DNA of 64,000 nt, taken from contig OX597816.1 in NCBI GenBank assembly GCA_951406725.2, positions 15,996,001 to 16,060,000 on the forward strand, read 5' to 3'. Numbering within the stretch: position 1 is the stretch's first letter; each line of letters starts with the position of its first letter. Positions 1 to 12,762 of this stretch are shown here, piece by piece. The notes under the pieces were generated by a model. That model was not told where the DNA came from. It worked only from the letters and a program-made list of their open reading frames with translations, and searched no databases. This DNA is from Octopus vulgaris (Eukaryota). A program made the position numbers and the translations under genes.

Positions 1-658
1 TGGTACTGCTTGGTACAATTTCTGCCAGTGTAAAATATATCAGAGTTTAACTAAAATTTTAGCTAAAGATTTCAACTACAATTGAGAGAAAAAATTCTGT
101 ATCCCTTCAATAGTAACCTAGCATTTTTTTTTTTTTTTTCACTTCTGTAATACTTTACAGAATATCACTGCTAAAGGCATGTAATCAGCTGGCTGTTATA
201 TTCTGTAAGATCTAATAACTATTGGCTTGAGCATGTGGTCAAGAAATTTGCTTCCAAATCATGTGACTTGAGGTTCAGCCCCCTCTGGAGCAACTTGGGC
301 TAGTGTCTTCTACTATAGCCCCAAGCTGCCCAAGCCTTATGAGTGAATTTGGTTGACAGAAACTGAAAGAAACCAGATGTGTATTAATTGAAATGTACAG
401 TATAAAATATTAATTACACTCAAGCTTACCAGTCAGTTTTACACTGGTGTTCAATAGGATGTTAAGTAATATCCCAATGATGTAACTCTGCACTCTTCAG
501 AGTTAACAGTTATATCATCATCATCATTTAATGCCTGCTTTCCAAGTGCTGACATGGGTCGGAAAGTTTGACATGGAGCTGGCTAGCAGGGGGCTGTCCA
601 GACTCCAGCTGTCTGTTGTGGCATGATTTCTACCACTGGATGCCCTTCTTAGTGTCAT

Positions 659-691
<33 letters not shown>

Positions 692-2169
692 ATTAATTGA
701 AGTGTACAGTATTATATATCCATTATAGTTCTCTGGGAGATTCAGTGTGACAAGGCTGGCCTTTTGAAAGTGGACTGGAACAATGTGAAACAAAGTATCT
801 TGCTTAAGGGACACAATGCACCATCGGGAATCAAACTCATGACACTATAATCAAGGGCCAAATACCCTAACCAATGAGCCATGTGCCTTCACAACATCTT
901 CAATAACAATAATTGCTGAAGAACAACAAATGTCGCCCTCTGGCTAAGTTCACCTTGGTTGTCTCTGATGAGGCTGACACCAGAAATTATGGGTCTACAG
1001 AAATAGACCAGACAGTGGAGAGACTGCACCTTATACAATTCATCACTGCACCTTGGAAAGTGCAGCTTTACTTTTCTAAGAACAAGGGTATGGTATCCAT
1101 CATTAGTTGTTTTAGTCATGAACCTTGCTGGACAGGGGTCAGCCCTGTATGAATATCATTCCAAAGCCACGTTTTCGGCTGGCTGTTGAGATGATGGAAA
1201 TAACTGTGAGTAGTAATGATTACAGTAATTATTACAGTAATTATTACAGTAATATATATATAATGATTACAGTAATGATTACCACATGTTTATGTCCTGT
1301 CACAGGTAATCTATGATCCATGGCACTTTCTGACTGACACAACCTAACAGACAAAAAAAAAACCATCTTCAATTTTCTTAGTAGTGTGGCATGCCTGATT
1401 GGCAGAATATTTAGTGTTGAAGAATACCTTGAAGAATTTCTTTCAGCTTTTTTGGTTTTAAATTCAAATCTTGCCAAGATCACCCTTGTAGTTCATCTTT
1501 CTGGGGTTGATAACAAAAAAAAAAACATGTCAAATACTTAATTCAATAGAAATTTAAGCCCTTGGACCTACATAAAAGATCCATCATCATTACCATCATT
1601 TAATGTCTGTTTTCCATGCTGGCATGGGCAGGATAGTTTGACAGGAGCTGGCCAGGCCCCAACTGTCTGCTTTGGTATGGTTTCTACAGCTGAATGCCTT
1701 TCCTAATGCCAGCCACTTTACCAAGTGTACCAGTTGCTTTTCATGTGGCACCAGTTTTATATGTGAGCTGGCATAGGTGCTTATTACATGGCACCAGCAT
1801 ATAAAAAAAATTGGTAGTATCTGTTTTGTTCTAGGAGTATTTTTAGTGTAATTTTTATTCATTGATGGTGTTGTTGCTTTGATCTCTTTGATGCCTGCCG
1901 TAAACTTCACTGTTTTTAGAGTCAGCCTTCTTTGTTCTAAGAATAAGTCATATGCAGGTTAACTTCATCTGTCACCTCACTGGGGTTAGTAAACTTGGGA
2001 ATAAGTAAGGTATATGAAGTAGCATACAACATAAATTCTCAATTTATTAAAATTCTCTTTACCTATAGGAGAAGGAGAGACAATCAAAATATCCAAAGTT
2101 GACAAGCTGTTAAGATAAAGGGTAGGCTTAGTATCCAATCATTTACCCAGCAGCCAAAGAACTGTCTAT

Positions 2170-2575
2170 ATCATTGACATCGTTTAACGTCCGCTTTCCA
2201 TGCTAGCATGGGTTGGACAGTTCGACCGGGGTCTGGGAAGCCAGGAGGCTGCACCAGGCTCCAGTCTGATCTAGCAGTGTTTCTACAGCGGATGCCCTTC
2301 CTAACGCCAACTGCTCCATGAGTGTAGTGGGTGCTTTTTACATGCCACCGGCACAGGGGCCAGAGGAAGCTGGCAAACGGCCACAATCGGTTGGTGCTTT
2401 TACGTGTCACCGACACGAACACCAGTCAGGCAGTGCTGGCATCTGCCACGTTCAGACGGTGCTTTTTACGTGTGACCGGCATGGGTATCTTAACTACAAT
2501 TTTCATTTAACTTTTATTTGATGTTGGTGTTGACGTACTTGACTCAATAGGTCTCCTCAAGAACAGCGGGTCAAT
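2170..2575 (-). mobile_element. Short retroelement family B (RTE/Ceph-like segment GGTTGGCGTTAGGAAGGGCATCC, (GAT)n tail, repeated internal module)
   Basis: Many copies; tail CCAACCCATGCTAGCATGGAAAGCGGACGTTAAACGATG. Confidence 0.85.
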
Positions 2576-3479
2576 CTGAGATATTCTAAAAGAGAGGAAC
2601 ACAATCAGGGCTGAGGTAATTTGTATGAATTAAACAAAAATGCTAAAAGAACTATCTGAGAGTGACACTGGGGCATGTAAATGAACAACATAGACAATGA
2701 ATACAGGTATATCAAATGCCATACAACAAATTCTTGAGTAATTAAAATTACCTCTGCCTCAAAGAGATGTGATCGAATTACCAAATTACAATCCAGACTA
2801 GATCCACATGAGAAATGGAGATAAAATCAAGAATTTAAAAATCTCCAAAGCTGACATTCCATTAAATAAAAGAACAAGTTCATTAACTTGAAATAAGAAG
2901 ACATTCTTGGACTTTGGATTTTGGAGAATTCTTGAATGAATGTTGAGATTATCTCTCTTTCTCATGTGGAGCTGGTTTTGAAATCCATTTGGTAATTATA
3001 ACACATCTTCTAGAGGTAGAGTGTTAATAAATCAAGAATATTTGAAGTAAGGTATTTGAGACACCTGTACTTGTCTATATTGTTCAAATATATGTCATAG
3101 GCCATTCCGAGTTATTCCTCTAAACTCATCATCATCATCATTTAACGTCTGTTTACCATGCTAGCATGGGTTGGACGATTTTGACTGAGGGCTGGCGAAC
3201 CAGATGGCTGCACCAGGCTCCAATCTTGATCTGGCAGAGTTTCTACAGCTGGATGCCCTTCCTAATGCCAACCACTCCGAGAGTGTAGTGGGTGCTTTTA
3301 CGTGCCACTGGCAATGACCTCTCTCAAATCTTTTTACACATGCCACCGGCACAAGTGCCAGTAAGGCGATTTTTGTTTAAATGTAGCAGCACATGATCTG
3401 CATATGGACCCTCAAAATCAAACATGAAAAGTACACCCAGTGAAATGCAATCAACAGAAAGGGAAATATGTAATCTTAC

Positions 3480-3679
3480 CTGTTAAATATGATGAATCGT
3501 CTGGTTCAGGATATATGAGGCATTTTTCAATGAGAAGTAAAGGCTTTTTCTTTGTATTGGATGTAAAATATGAAATAGTAGAGGAATCAGAAGTCACTTC
3601 AATAAAATTGAAAAATATCATCTGGTCATCTGATCTAACGTTGAATTCCTTCGCAATTTTCTCTTTCAGATATGGAATT
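3480..3679 (-). CDS. TBK1: TBK1-like coding exon 9 (ubiquitin-like domain)
   Basis: (K)[28 protein letters not shown]...KKPLLLIEK...SSYLT; Ub-fold pattern LKEKI...Q.IFF; tttgttcacag / GTAAGA; 200 nt. Confidence 0.88.
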
Positions 3680-6600
3680 CTGTGAACAAAAATTATATAC
3701 AGTACAAAATAAATTATATTATATACTATGTATGTGTATATATATATAATAATGAAATATGAAATATACTCCTTTTACTTGTTTCAGTCATTTGACTGTG
3801 GCCATGCTGGGGCACCGCCTTTAGTCGAGCAAATCGACCCCAGGACTTATTCTTTGTAAGCCCAGTACTTATTCTATCGGTCTCTTTTGCCGGACCGCTA
3901 AGTGATGGGGACGTAAACACACCAGCATCGGTTGTCAAGCAATGCTAGGGAGACAAACACAGACACACATACACATATATATATATATATACATATATAT
4001 GACAGGCTTCTTTCAGTTTCCGTCTACCAAATCCACTCACAAGGCATTGGTCAACCCGGGGCTATAGCAGAAGACACTTGCCCAAGATGCCACGCAGTGG
4101 GACTGAACCTGGAACCATGTGGTTGGTTAGCAAGCTACTTACCATACAGCCACTCCTGCGCCTATTTATATATAAAATAAATAAGTCAACATTTTAATAT
4201 CCTAAAGTTGATGAGCCAACTAATGTGCTTCTCCATTTTCTTATTTGCAATATAAATTAATGGTAAAATATTTCTTTACCTTCACCCATTTAATACAATA
4301 AGTAGGTTTATTGCATTGCAATTAAAAACACTTGTGTATTAATAATTGGGTATTATACCAACAGTAAATTGGATAAGTATTATCCCTTAGTGGATTGGAT
4401 CCACAACCCCTAACTTACGTGGTATTATATATATATATATATTTAAGTATGTGAATGAATTATCTTAGTATTGATAATTTGGTTAATCGATACCTGGGTA
4501 GCAAATTTACGTCAGAAAACACGGTTGAAGCTACATGCCAGGGACAGAAACCCCGTGTTCTTGTGTGGTAATTTGTGTGTTTTTTTATATGAATAAATGA
4601 AAGAATGGAGTCGAATGAAGATTTTAACAAAATTCCTTTACTCTCAACACATGTTTCGAAGACTGCATACCCCTAATTCCGAAGGAATAAAGGGTGCATT
4701 ATGCCGTCTTCTCATCAGGAAAGACAAAGAACCTCTATCAGCCTCAAGACGAACAAAAACATATATATATATATCTTGTATACTTTGATACTTTGATAGG
4801 TTTCAGCCATTATTGGCCCAGGCCATGTCTAACTTAATAGCACCACCTTAAGATATATAACTACCACTGTCTGAGTTAGAACTCTACCTTTTTATTATCA
4901 TTATCACAAGAGATAATAATAAATACGAATTATACGTTTGTATCAAAGCAGAAAAATGCAATCCATCACTTTACTGCCCCCCCCCCCAAAAAAATATGGG
5001 GTGGCCAAATCTGGAATGTGTTTGGTCAAAGGTTTGTTCAGTGAGCATTGATCCAGTATAGTCTAAACAGCAATTAAAGAGAAAGAGGAAATTGATATTT
5101 ACTTTGCATTGTAATCCAGGTAACACGTGACCAATCTTCCAGTGGATGGCTGGAATATAGATATGTCTCTTTTATTCAAAATGCTGTCAACTTTGTCAAG
5201 GTACTCCTGTATACTGGCATTGTCATTGGATGTTATAAGCAAACGTCTGATAATCTTCTCAAATTTCCTCTTCATAATACTGAAAATATAAAGTGATTCT
5301 GTACATAGATGAGAAAGTCTCAAATTTATCAAAGAATGATAAATAACAATAAATATCTGATGCAATTTCTGAAGAACATCAATAAAATAATGATGAATTG
5401 CATATTTATTTGTAATACACTCTGGCAAATTTGAATGTGAATATATTAATCAAATGTTATGAACATACTTGATTCATTTGTTATGAACATACTTGATTCA
5501 TTAGATCAAGGGTCTCTGGGACACCTGGGATTTCAACATCATTATGACTCTTCAGTCAAAGGCACCCAGACTAATGTTAGTTAGTTAGTTAGTTAATTTT
5601 TTGGCTCAAAAAGCAAAAAGCAAGGCCATGTAGGGGGACATGGAGTTATGTACAGGGTGGTGTTCATGTAAAGAGTTCAGGCCACTTGTGGTCAAGGGAT
5701 ACTTTGAACCGAGCGGTCGTTGGCATCTTCACCATCTCATCCGGCAGCTTATTCCACGGATCCGCAACCTGGACGGAGAAAGCCCCTCTCCTTCGATTGA
5801 GATGAAATCATCGCAGGTAGAGCTTTTCGGAATGACCCCGCAGCCGACGCTCTGGGAATCTACAAAAGTTTTTGTTTGTAACTTCCTTGAACAACCTGTT
5901 TACTGTCCTCGAATCCCTTGTGCTAATGAACTGAGTGTTATGAGCACACATTCATCACAAAATGAGAAGTTGTTCTTCAGTGACAAAACACAAGAGCAAT
6001 TTGCTGTCATCATCATCATCATCATCATCGTTTAACGTCCGCTTTACATGCTAGCATGGGTTGGACGATTTGACTGAGGACTGGAGAACCAGATGGCTGT
6101 GCCAGGCTCCAATTAGATCTGGCAGAGTTTCTACAGCTGGATGTCCTTCCTAATGTCAACCACTCCAAGAGTGTAGTGGGTGCTTTTAAAGTGCCACCGG
6201 CACGAGGACCAGTCTCGCAGTAATCCCGCTTGGATGGAGCTGTTAGCGCTACATTGGCATGGGTACCAGTCGACGAATTTGGTTCGATTTCGAGTGTAGT
6301 GGGTGCTTTTTACGTGCTACTGGCACAGGTACCAGGGGAGGCTGGTAACGGCCACGATCGGTTGGTGGTTTTTATGTGCCACCGGCACAGGAGCCAGTCA
6401 AGGCAGCGCTGGCATTGGCCACATACAGATGGTGCTTTTTATGTGCTAGGGGAGGCTGGCAACAGTCACAATCGGTTGGTGGTTTTTACGTGCCACCGGC
6501 AGGGAAACCAGTCAAGGGAGCGCTGCCATCGGCCACGTACAAATGGTGCTTTTTACGTGCCACCAGCGCGGACGTGCTCTATATATAAAAAAAATACAGA

Positions 6601-9600
6601 AGAGAGCATTGTCTTGCTAAGAACAGAAACCTGAAAAAATGACTTCCAAGATTCTACTAGTGGTGTCTCTGCAGAATATTCAAGATCACCTCCAAAGACA
6701 GAATCACAAACTCTGAAGTCACATGAAGAACCAATATGAGCGGCCTGTGTGAGGAGACTTTGGTAGAAAGAAAAATGAGACTTGCAGATCATGGTTTCCA
6801 TCTGCCTGAAGAGTGAATACCCCAGATGGCTATACAATTGGTTCCACCAAAGGGATGAAGAAAGAGAGGGAAGAAGAAGTCATGGTATGCCACATGACAC
6901 ATGCATCTATGCTCAAAGCTGGGATGTTTATGGACATCTTGCTGCTCAATGAGCAGGCAAACTGTGTGGAAAGAACAAAGGATAAAAATTTAACCCTTTA
7001 GTGTTCAGATTATTCTATCAAACATAATGCTTATTGATTCCCATTGATTTGAATTAATCATGCATTATCTCATATCTTCAAGATCTTGATGGTGTAATTA
7101 CTTAATGTAGAATAACATTGTAGGGTAGGTGTGAGAGCCTGGATCTGGTCAGTTTGAACATAAAACAGATTAGCTATTTTGGCCGGATATGGCCGGTTTA
7201 AATACTAAAGGGTTAAAAATTACAACTGAAATTTACCTTGAGAGTTTGCATGTTTCTGGTAATTCTCTCTCCCAGGAAATAGCATCACTTTCTGTTTCAT
7301 TGGCTGATATTGCTGAAGTGGGCCTTTTAGAAAGCATTTCATACCTGTTTTGAATCATACAATAACATAAATGAATTACTTAAAATAAAATTGAAAAGAG
7401 AAATAGATGAGATGCTGCAAACCTTGTAAAAAGGATAGGCGCAGGAGTGGCTGTGTGGTAAGTAGCTTGTTTACCAACCACATGGTTCCGGGTTCAGTCC
7501 CACTGCGTGGTACCTTGGGCAAGTGTCTTCTACTATAGCCTCGGGCCGACCAAAGCCTTGTGAGTGGATTTGGTAGACGGAAACTGAAAGAAGCCTGTCG
7601 TATATATGTATATATATATATATGTATGTGTGTGTATATGTTTGTGTGTCTGTGTTTGTCCCCCTAGCATTGCTTGACAACCGATGCTGGTGTGTTTATG
7701 TCCCCGTAACTTAGCGGTTCGGCAAAAGAGACTGATAGAAAAAATTCTGGGCTTACAAAAGAATAAGTCCCGGGGTCGGTTTGCTCGATTAAAAGGCGGG
7801 GCTCCAGCATGGCTGCAGTCAAATGACTGAAACAAGTAAAAGAGTAAAGAGTAAAGAGTAATATGGGCACCAGGCCACACATTTTGCTTGAATGATAAAA
7901 AAAAAAAACCCAGAGTAAAAGCAAGAACTTATAGGGATACGAGATGTTTGGGCTAAATTTGACGATTTCTTTCATGTCTCCTTTTTTCAGGAACATATTT
8001 TTTCAGGTATTGGTGAAGTCAACGGCATTGGAGCACATAAAGAATGAAGTAGTAGTTACTCTTTTACTTGTTTCAGTCAATTGACGGTGGCCATGCTGGA
8101 GCACTGGCTGTTAGTCAAGCAAATCGCCCCCCAAGACTTATTCTTTGTCAACCTAGTACTTATTCTTTGTCAACCTAGTACTTATTCTATTAGTCTCTTC
8201 TGCCGAACTGCTAAGTTATGAGGACGTAAACACACCAGCATCGGTTGTCAAGCAATGTTGGGGAGAAAAGCACAAACATACACACACACACACACACATA
8301 CATACATATATCTATACATTTATACGAAGGGGTTCTTTCAATTTCCGTCAACCAAATCCACTTACAAGGCTTTGGTCGGCCCAAGGCTATAGTAGAAGAC
8401 ACTTGCCCAAGGTGCTACGCAGTGGGACTGAACCATGAACCGTGTAGTTCATAACAAATTACTTACCACACAGCCACTCCTATGCCTATAGTTGAGAAAA
8501 AATTTAGCTGACACAGAGGACTAGAAGCCATCTGAATATTGGAAAAGAGTTAACTCTTTCATTACCATATTTCTGTTGAGATGTTCTGGGTTATTTTCAA
8601 TTAATTCTAAATATAACAAAGAGCTTAATTATCATTAAGCTCCTGTATTGAACATAAATTGTGACTAAGTTTTGGTGGAAGATTTTAATTCAAAACTTAT
8701 GAAAACAAGGCATTTGTACTAAGAGCCAGTTTCAGCCGGGTTGGTAACAAAAGAGTTAATATTTGTTTTGTCTTAGTATTGAGCAGATATTCTGCTCAGA
8801 TGGGTACTCATGATGGGAATATTGGGCTTTATATATTTTTACTCTAGTCTCACTCTGATGGCATGCACTGCTCTCTTACTCAATAGTAATAATAAAGGAA
8901 ATTAAAATAGAGTGCCCAATAGAACCGTTACAAAAGGCTAGTCTCCTTGGCATTGCCAGAATAATCAGGAAAGCAAGTATTAGATAATTGAAAAGAACAG
9001 ATAGCATGGTACCAAGTCTACTGTGCATGCAATACTCCAGGAATTCCAACAAAACCTGAGATAAAAAGAAAGATAATTAGAAGAAAAAGAAGAAAAGGAA
9101 GAAGAAGAGCAAAAAGAGCAAGAAAAAAAAGAGCAGGAAGAAGAAGAAAAGAAGAAGAAAACGAAGAGGAAGGAGCAGAAAGATAAGTAGGAGAAAGAAG
9201 AAGAAGTAGTAGTCTCACTATTAAAATCATACCTGAGTTGGCGGTTTCTCCGAAACCCAGCTTGAGTTTGGAAAGGAATATGTCCTGTTATGACGTGATA
9301 TAGCATGATTCCTAAACTCCAGGAATCTGTATCTTTAACTCCACTTGACTCATCACTGATGAAAGCTTTCCGGAAAATAGCCGGATGCTAAATTAAATGA
9401 AAAAGAAATACGATAAAGTTCTATAAACTATATCATTTTCGATATCTTCATTAAGATATATATATATATATATTATATTAAATTAGAGATAAAACCACTA
9501 TTAGGCAAATCAAACAGTGAAAATCATAAACCAATACATAGAAATAAAATTAATTAATAAAAAATATATAAAATATAAAATTCCCAAATTAAAAAATTTA

Positions 9601-10058
9601 AATTGTAGTTAAAATTTTTTTAAAATATTTAAATTTATATATATATAAATTTAAATATATATATTTAAAATTTATAAGTTTAAATTATTATTTTAAATAA
9701 TTTTTTAAATTTTAACTTTAATTTAAATTTTTTAATTTTGGAATTTTATATCTTATATATCTTTTATTAATTAATTTTATTTCTATGTATTGGTTTATGA
9801 TTTTTACTGTTTGATTTGCCTAATAGTGTTTTTATCTCTAATTTAATATAATATAATATAATATATTTATACTATAAAATTAGATTTAATCCTAAATCTG
9901 ATTTTTCCCTGTAAGTTTGGATTTATTCCCTAATATTTTATTATATATATATATATATATATGAATTTATTCAAATACACAGGTATACATGTATATAAGC
10001 ATGGTTATGTGGTAAGAAGTTTCCTTCCCAACCGCATGGTTTTGGGTTATATGTACAT

Positions 10059-10096
<38 letters not shown>

Positions 10097-11361
10097 ACAT
10101 AAATATATATATATACATACATATATAAATACATATATATATACATACATATATACATACATATACACATACATATATATATTTACATACATATATACAT
10201 CATACATATATACATACACACACATATATATATATACATACATATATACATACACACACATATATATATATACATACATACATCTCACACACGGACATAC
10301 ATCTATATATACACATATATACACACACATACTTACATACATTCATCGGACACACTGACACCCAGACTTACACACAGACACACTCACGCATCCACACACA
10401 TACATACTTACACACACACTCGCAGGCGCGCGCACATACACGCTTGTGCACGTTCGCGCTCGCATACACGCACGCATGCACCACGCTCGTGGTTTGACCG
10501 ACTAGATCTCCTGTACGTATCTGGGGCCGGCGCGTGTCTTTGGGTTCTCCCACGCCTGTCGCCGCGGGACCACTCTTCTATCTTCCCCCCCCCCTCCGCT
10601 GCAGTTTTTTTCACACACCCACTCACACACACACATTTGCATATATATATACATCACACTTACACACACTTCAAATTTACTTGCCATACACACAACTACG
10701 CACACTGGACACACTACCACTCTACACACACATTGGCACGTTACATACGCCCCCACCCTTTCCCTCCTTCCTCCCTTTTTTTACCACTGACCACTCACTC
10801 GAGACTTGCTATATCATCTGTTCGCCCTGCACGCACTAACATATACATATTTTTTGTTTTTTATCTCGCCTCACACACACATACACACACGCACACGCAC
10901 ACACTCACACATACATACACACGCACACACACATACCTCCCTGTTTCTGATCTGCCTTTCTGACTTGCTAGGGTACCCCCACACACTCCTTTAATTCTAC
11001 TACTGCCTGCTACTAGCCACTGTCCACCATACACACACACGCACACACTCACACACACACCCTCGTTTTCTCGCACACCTTTTTTACCATTCCCTCTTTG
11101 ATTCAGCTCTCCTGTTTTTAAAAAACATTTTCCTCCTTTTTTACTACTTCCGTCTTTTCAGTATGTGACCTCGTGAAGACTACCTGAAATTTTTTTCCTC
11201 TGTCCTCCCGTCTCGGGATCTTTCTTTCTCCTATGTTTCCGACGAAGAGCTCCACTCGAAATGTCATACCCTCCTTCTTCCATTTTCCTGAGCGCCTAAT
11301 AATAATAATACTGTAATTGTTCCACGTGTTGTTGTTTTTTTCTGTTTTCCCGTTTGGATTA

Positions 11362-11399
<38 letters not shown>

Positions 11400-12193
11400 G
11401 CACGTAAAAAGCACCCATGACACTCACGGAGTGGTTGGCGTTAGGAAGGGCATCCAGCCGTAGAAACACTGCCAGATCAGACTGGGGCCTGATGCAGCCT
11501 TCTGGCTTGCCAGTCCCCAGTTGAACCGTCCAACCCATGCTAGCATGGAAAGCGTACGCTAAGTGATGATATATATATGTACACATACATCTATATATAT
11601 AAAACTGAGAATGTGTGTGTGTCTGTCTGTATGTGTGCATCACTAAAACTCGAGAATTACCCAGCCAATTGTTTTGACGTCACGGTCAAATGAGTGTAAA
11701 ACCGTGCCAACATTTATAACAGATTGCATCATCAGATATGTGTATTTTTGGAAATCGAGGAAGTAGGAAATAAGAAAATATATTTAAAATAAGCTCATTT
11801 TAATAATTGCTATGAACGTGATCCACCCAGTAGTTTCCTTTGTATAGTCACAATAGCATTAAATTCATATTACACCACCTGACTAGTCTAACATCTATGG
11901 GAGGCAAGATAAATAGAGACATTCTCGGAATAATTGGTGAGCCATAAAAAATGACAACTATTTGAGCACTGAATAACTTTGTGTCACAGATATTTGCCAA
12001 ACCCTAAATTTAATATTTAATTAAATGTCTAATTATATATATACAAAGCACAGGTGTGGCATGTGCTAAGAAGTTTGCTTCCTAACAACATGGTTTCCGG
12101 TTCAGTCTCATTGAGTGGCATATTGTGTAAGTGTCTTCTACTACAGCCCCACTTGTAAGTGGATTTTGTAGGCAGAAATTGAAAGAAGTTTAT

Positions 12194-12234
<41 letters not shown>

Positions 12235-12370
12235 ATTATTATATGTAGAAAAATACAAACTGGGACAAGAACGTAAAAACACTTAGAAGACGATACAAAA
12301 AACACAGACGGGACATTCGAAGCCTTCAATCTTTAGTCAAGACCCGGATCAACGGAGCAATTTCAGCTGA

Positions 12371-12406
<36 letters not shown>

Positions 12407-12720
12407 TTATTATTATTTTTTTGCAATTTATTTAATCATCGGTATATTATTGTTATTTTATTTTTAATATTTCTATTATATGTAATTTTCTAGATGGTGT
12501 AATTTAATTGTTCATTTTGAATTGATAAAAGGTGTTTTTTCTAATTTATATATATATATGTATATATGAAGACCTCCACGACGGTGGAGTTACGATTTCA
12601 GGAGGACGATTGGGATCACGTAGATGAGAAAGCCACGATCCAGAGAGGAGTGGACAGCGTGCTGTGACCAGCGGTGTCAAATGGACGCCTGACGGACTGG
12701 TCGGTCAAGGTGATCAAGGT

Positions 12721-12762
<42 letters not shown>

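Noticed and set aside
962-992. CTGATGA...GAAA motif
   Set aside because: Stem II only 2 bp and no stem I or III; chance match
1975-2106. Candidate next kinase exon (acceptor-like CCTTCTCCTATAG near 2063-2075, minus strand)
   Set aside because: Translation has no resemblance to the expected post-ULD segment and reaches a stop; the next exon is probably outside the window
7437-7510. tRNA-like sequences at SINE heads
   Set aside because: No complete cloverleaf and always continuous with a SINE body, so not tRNA genes
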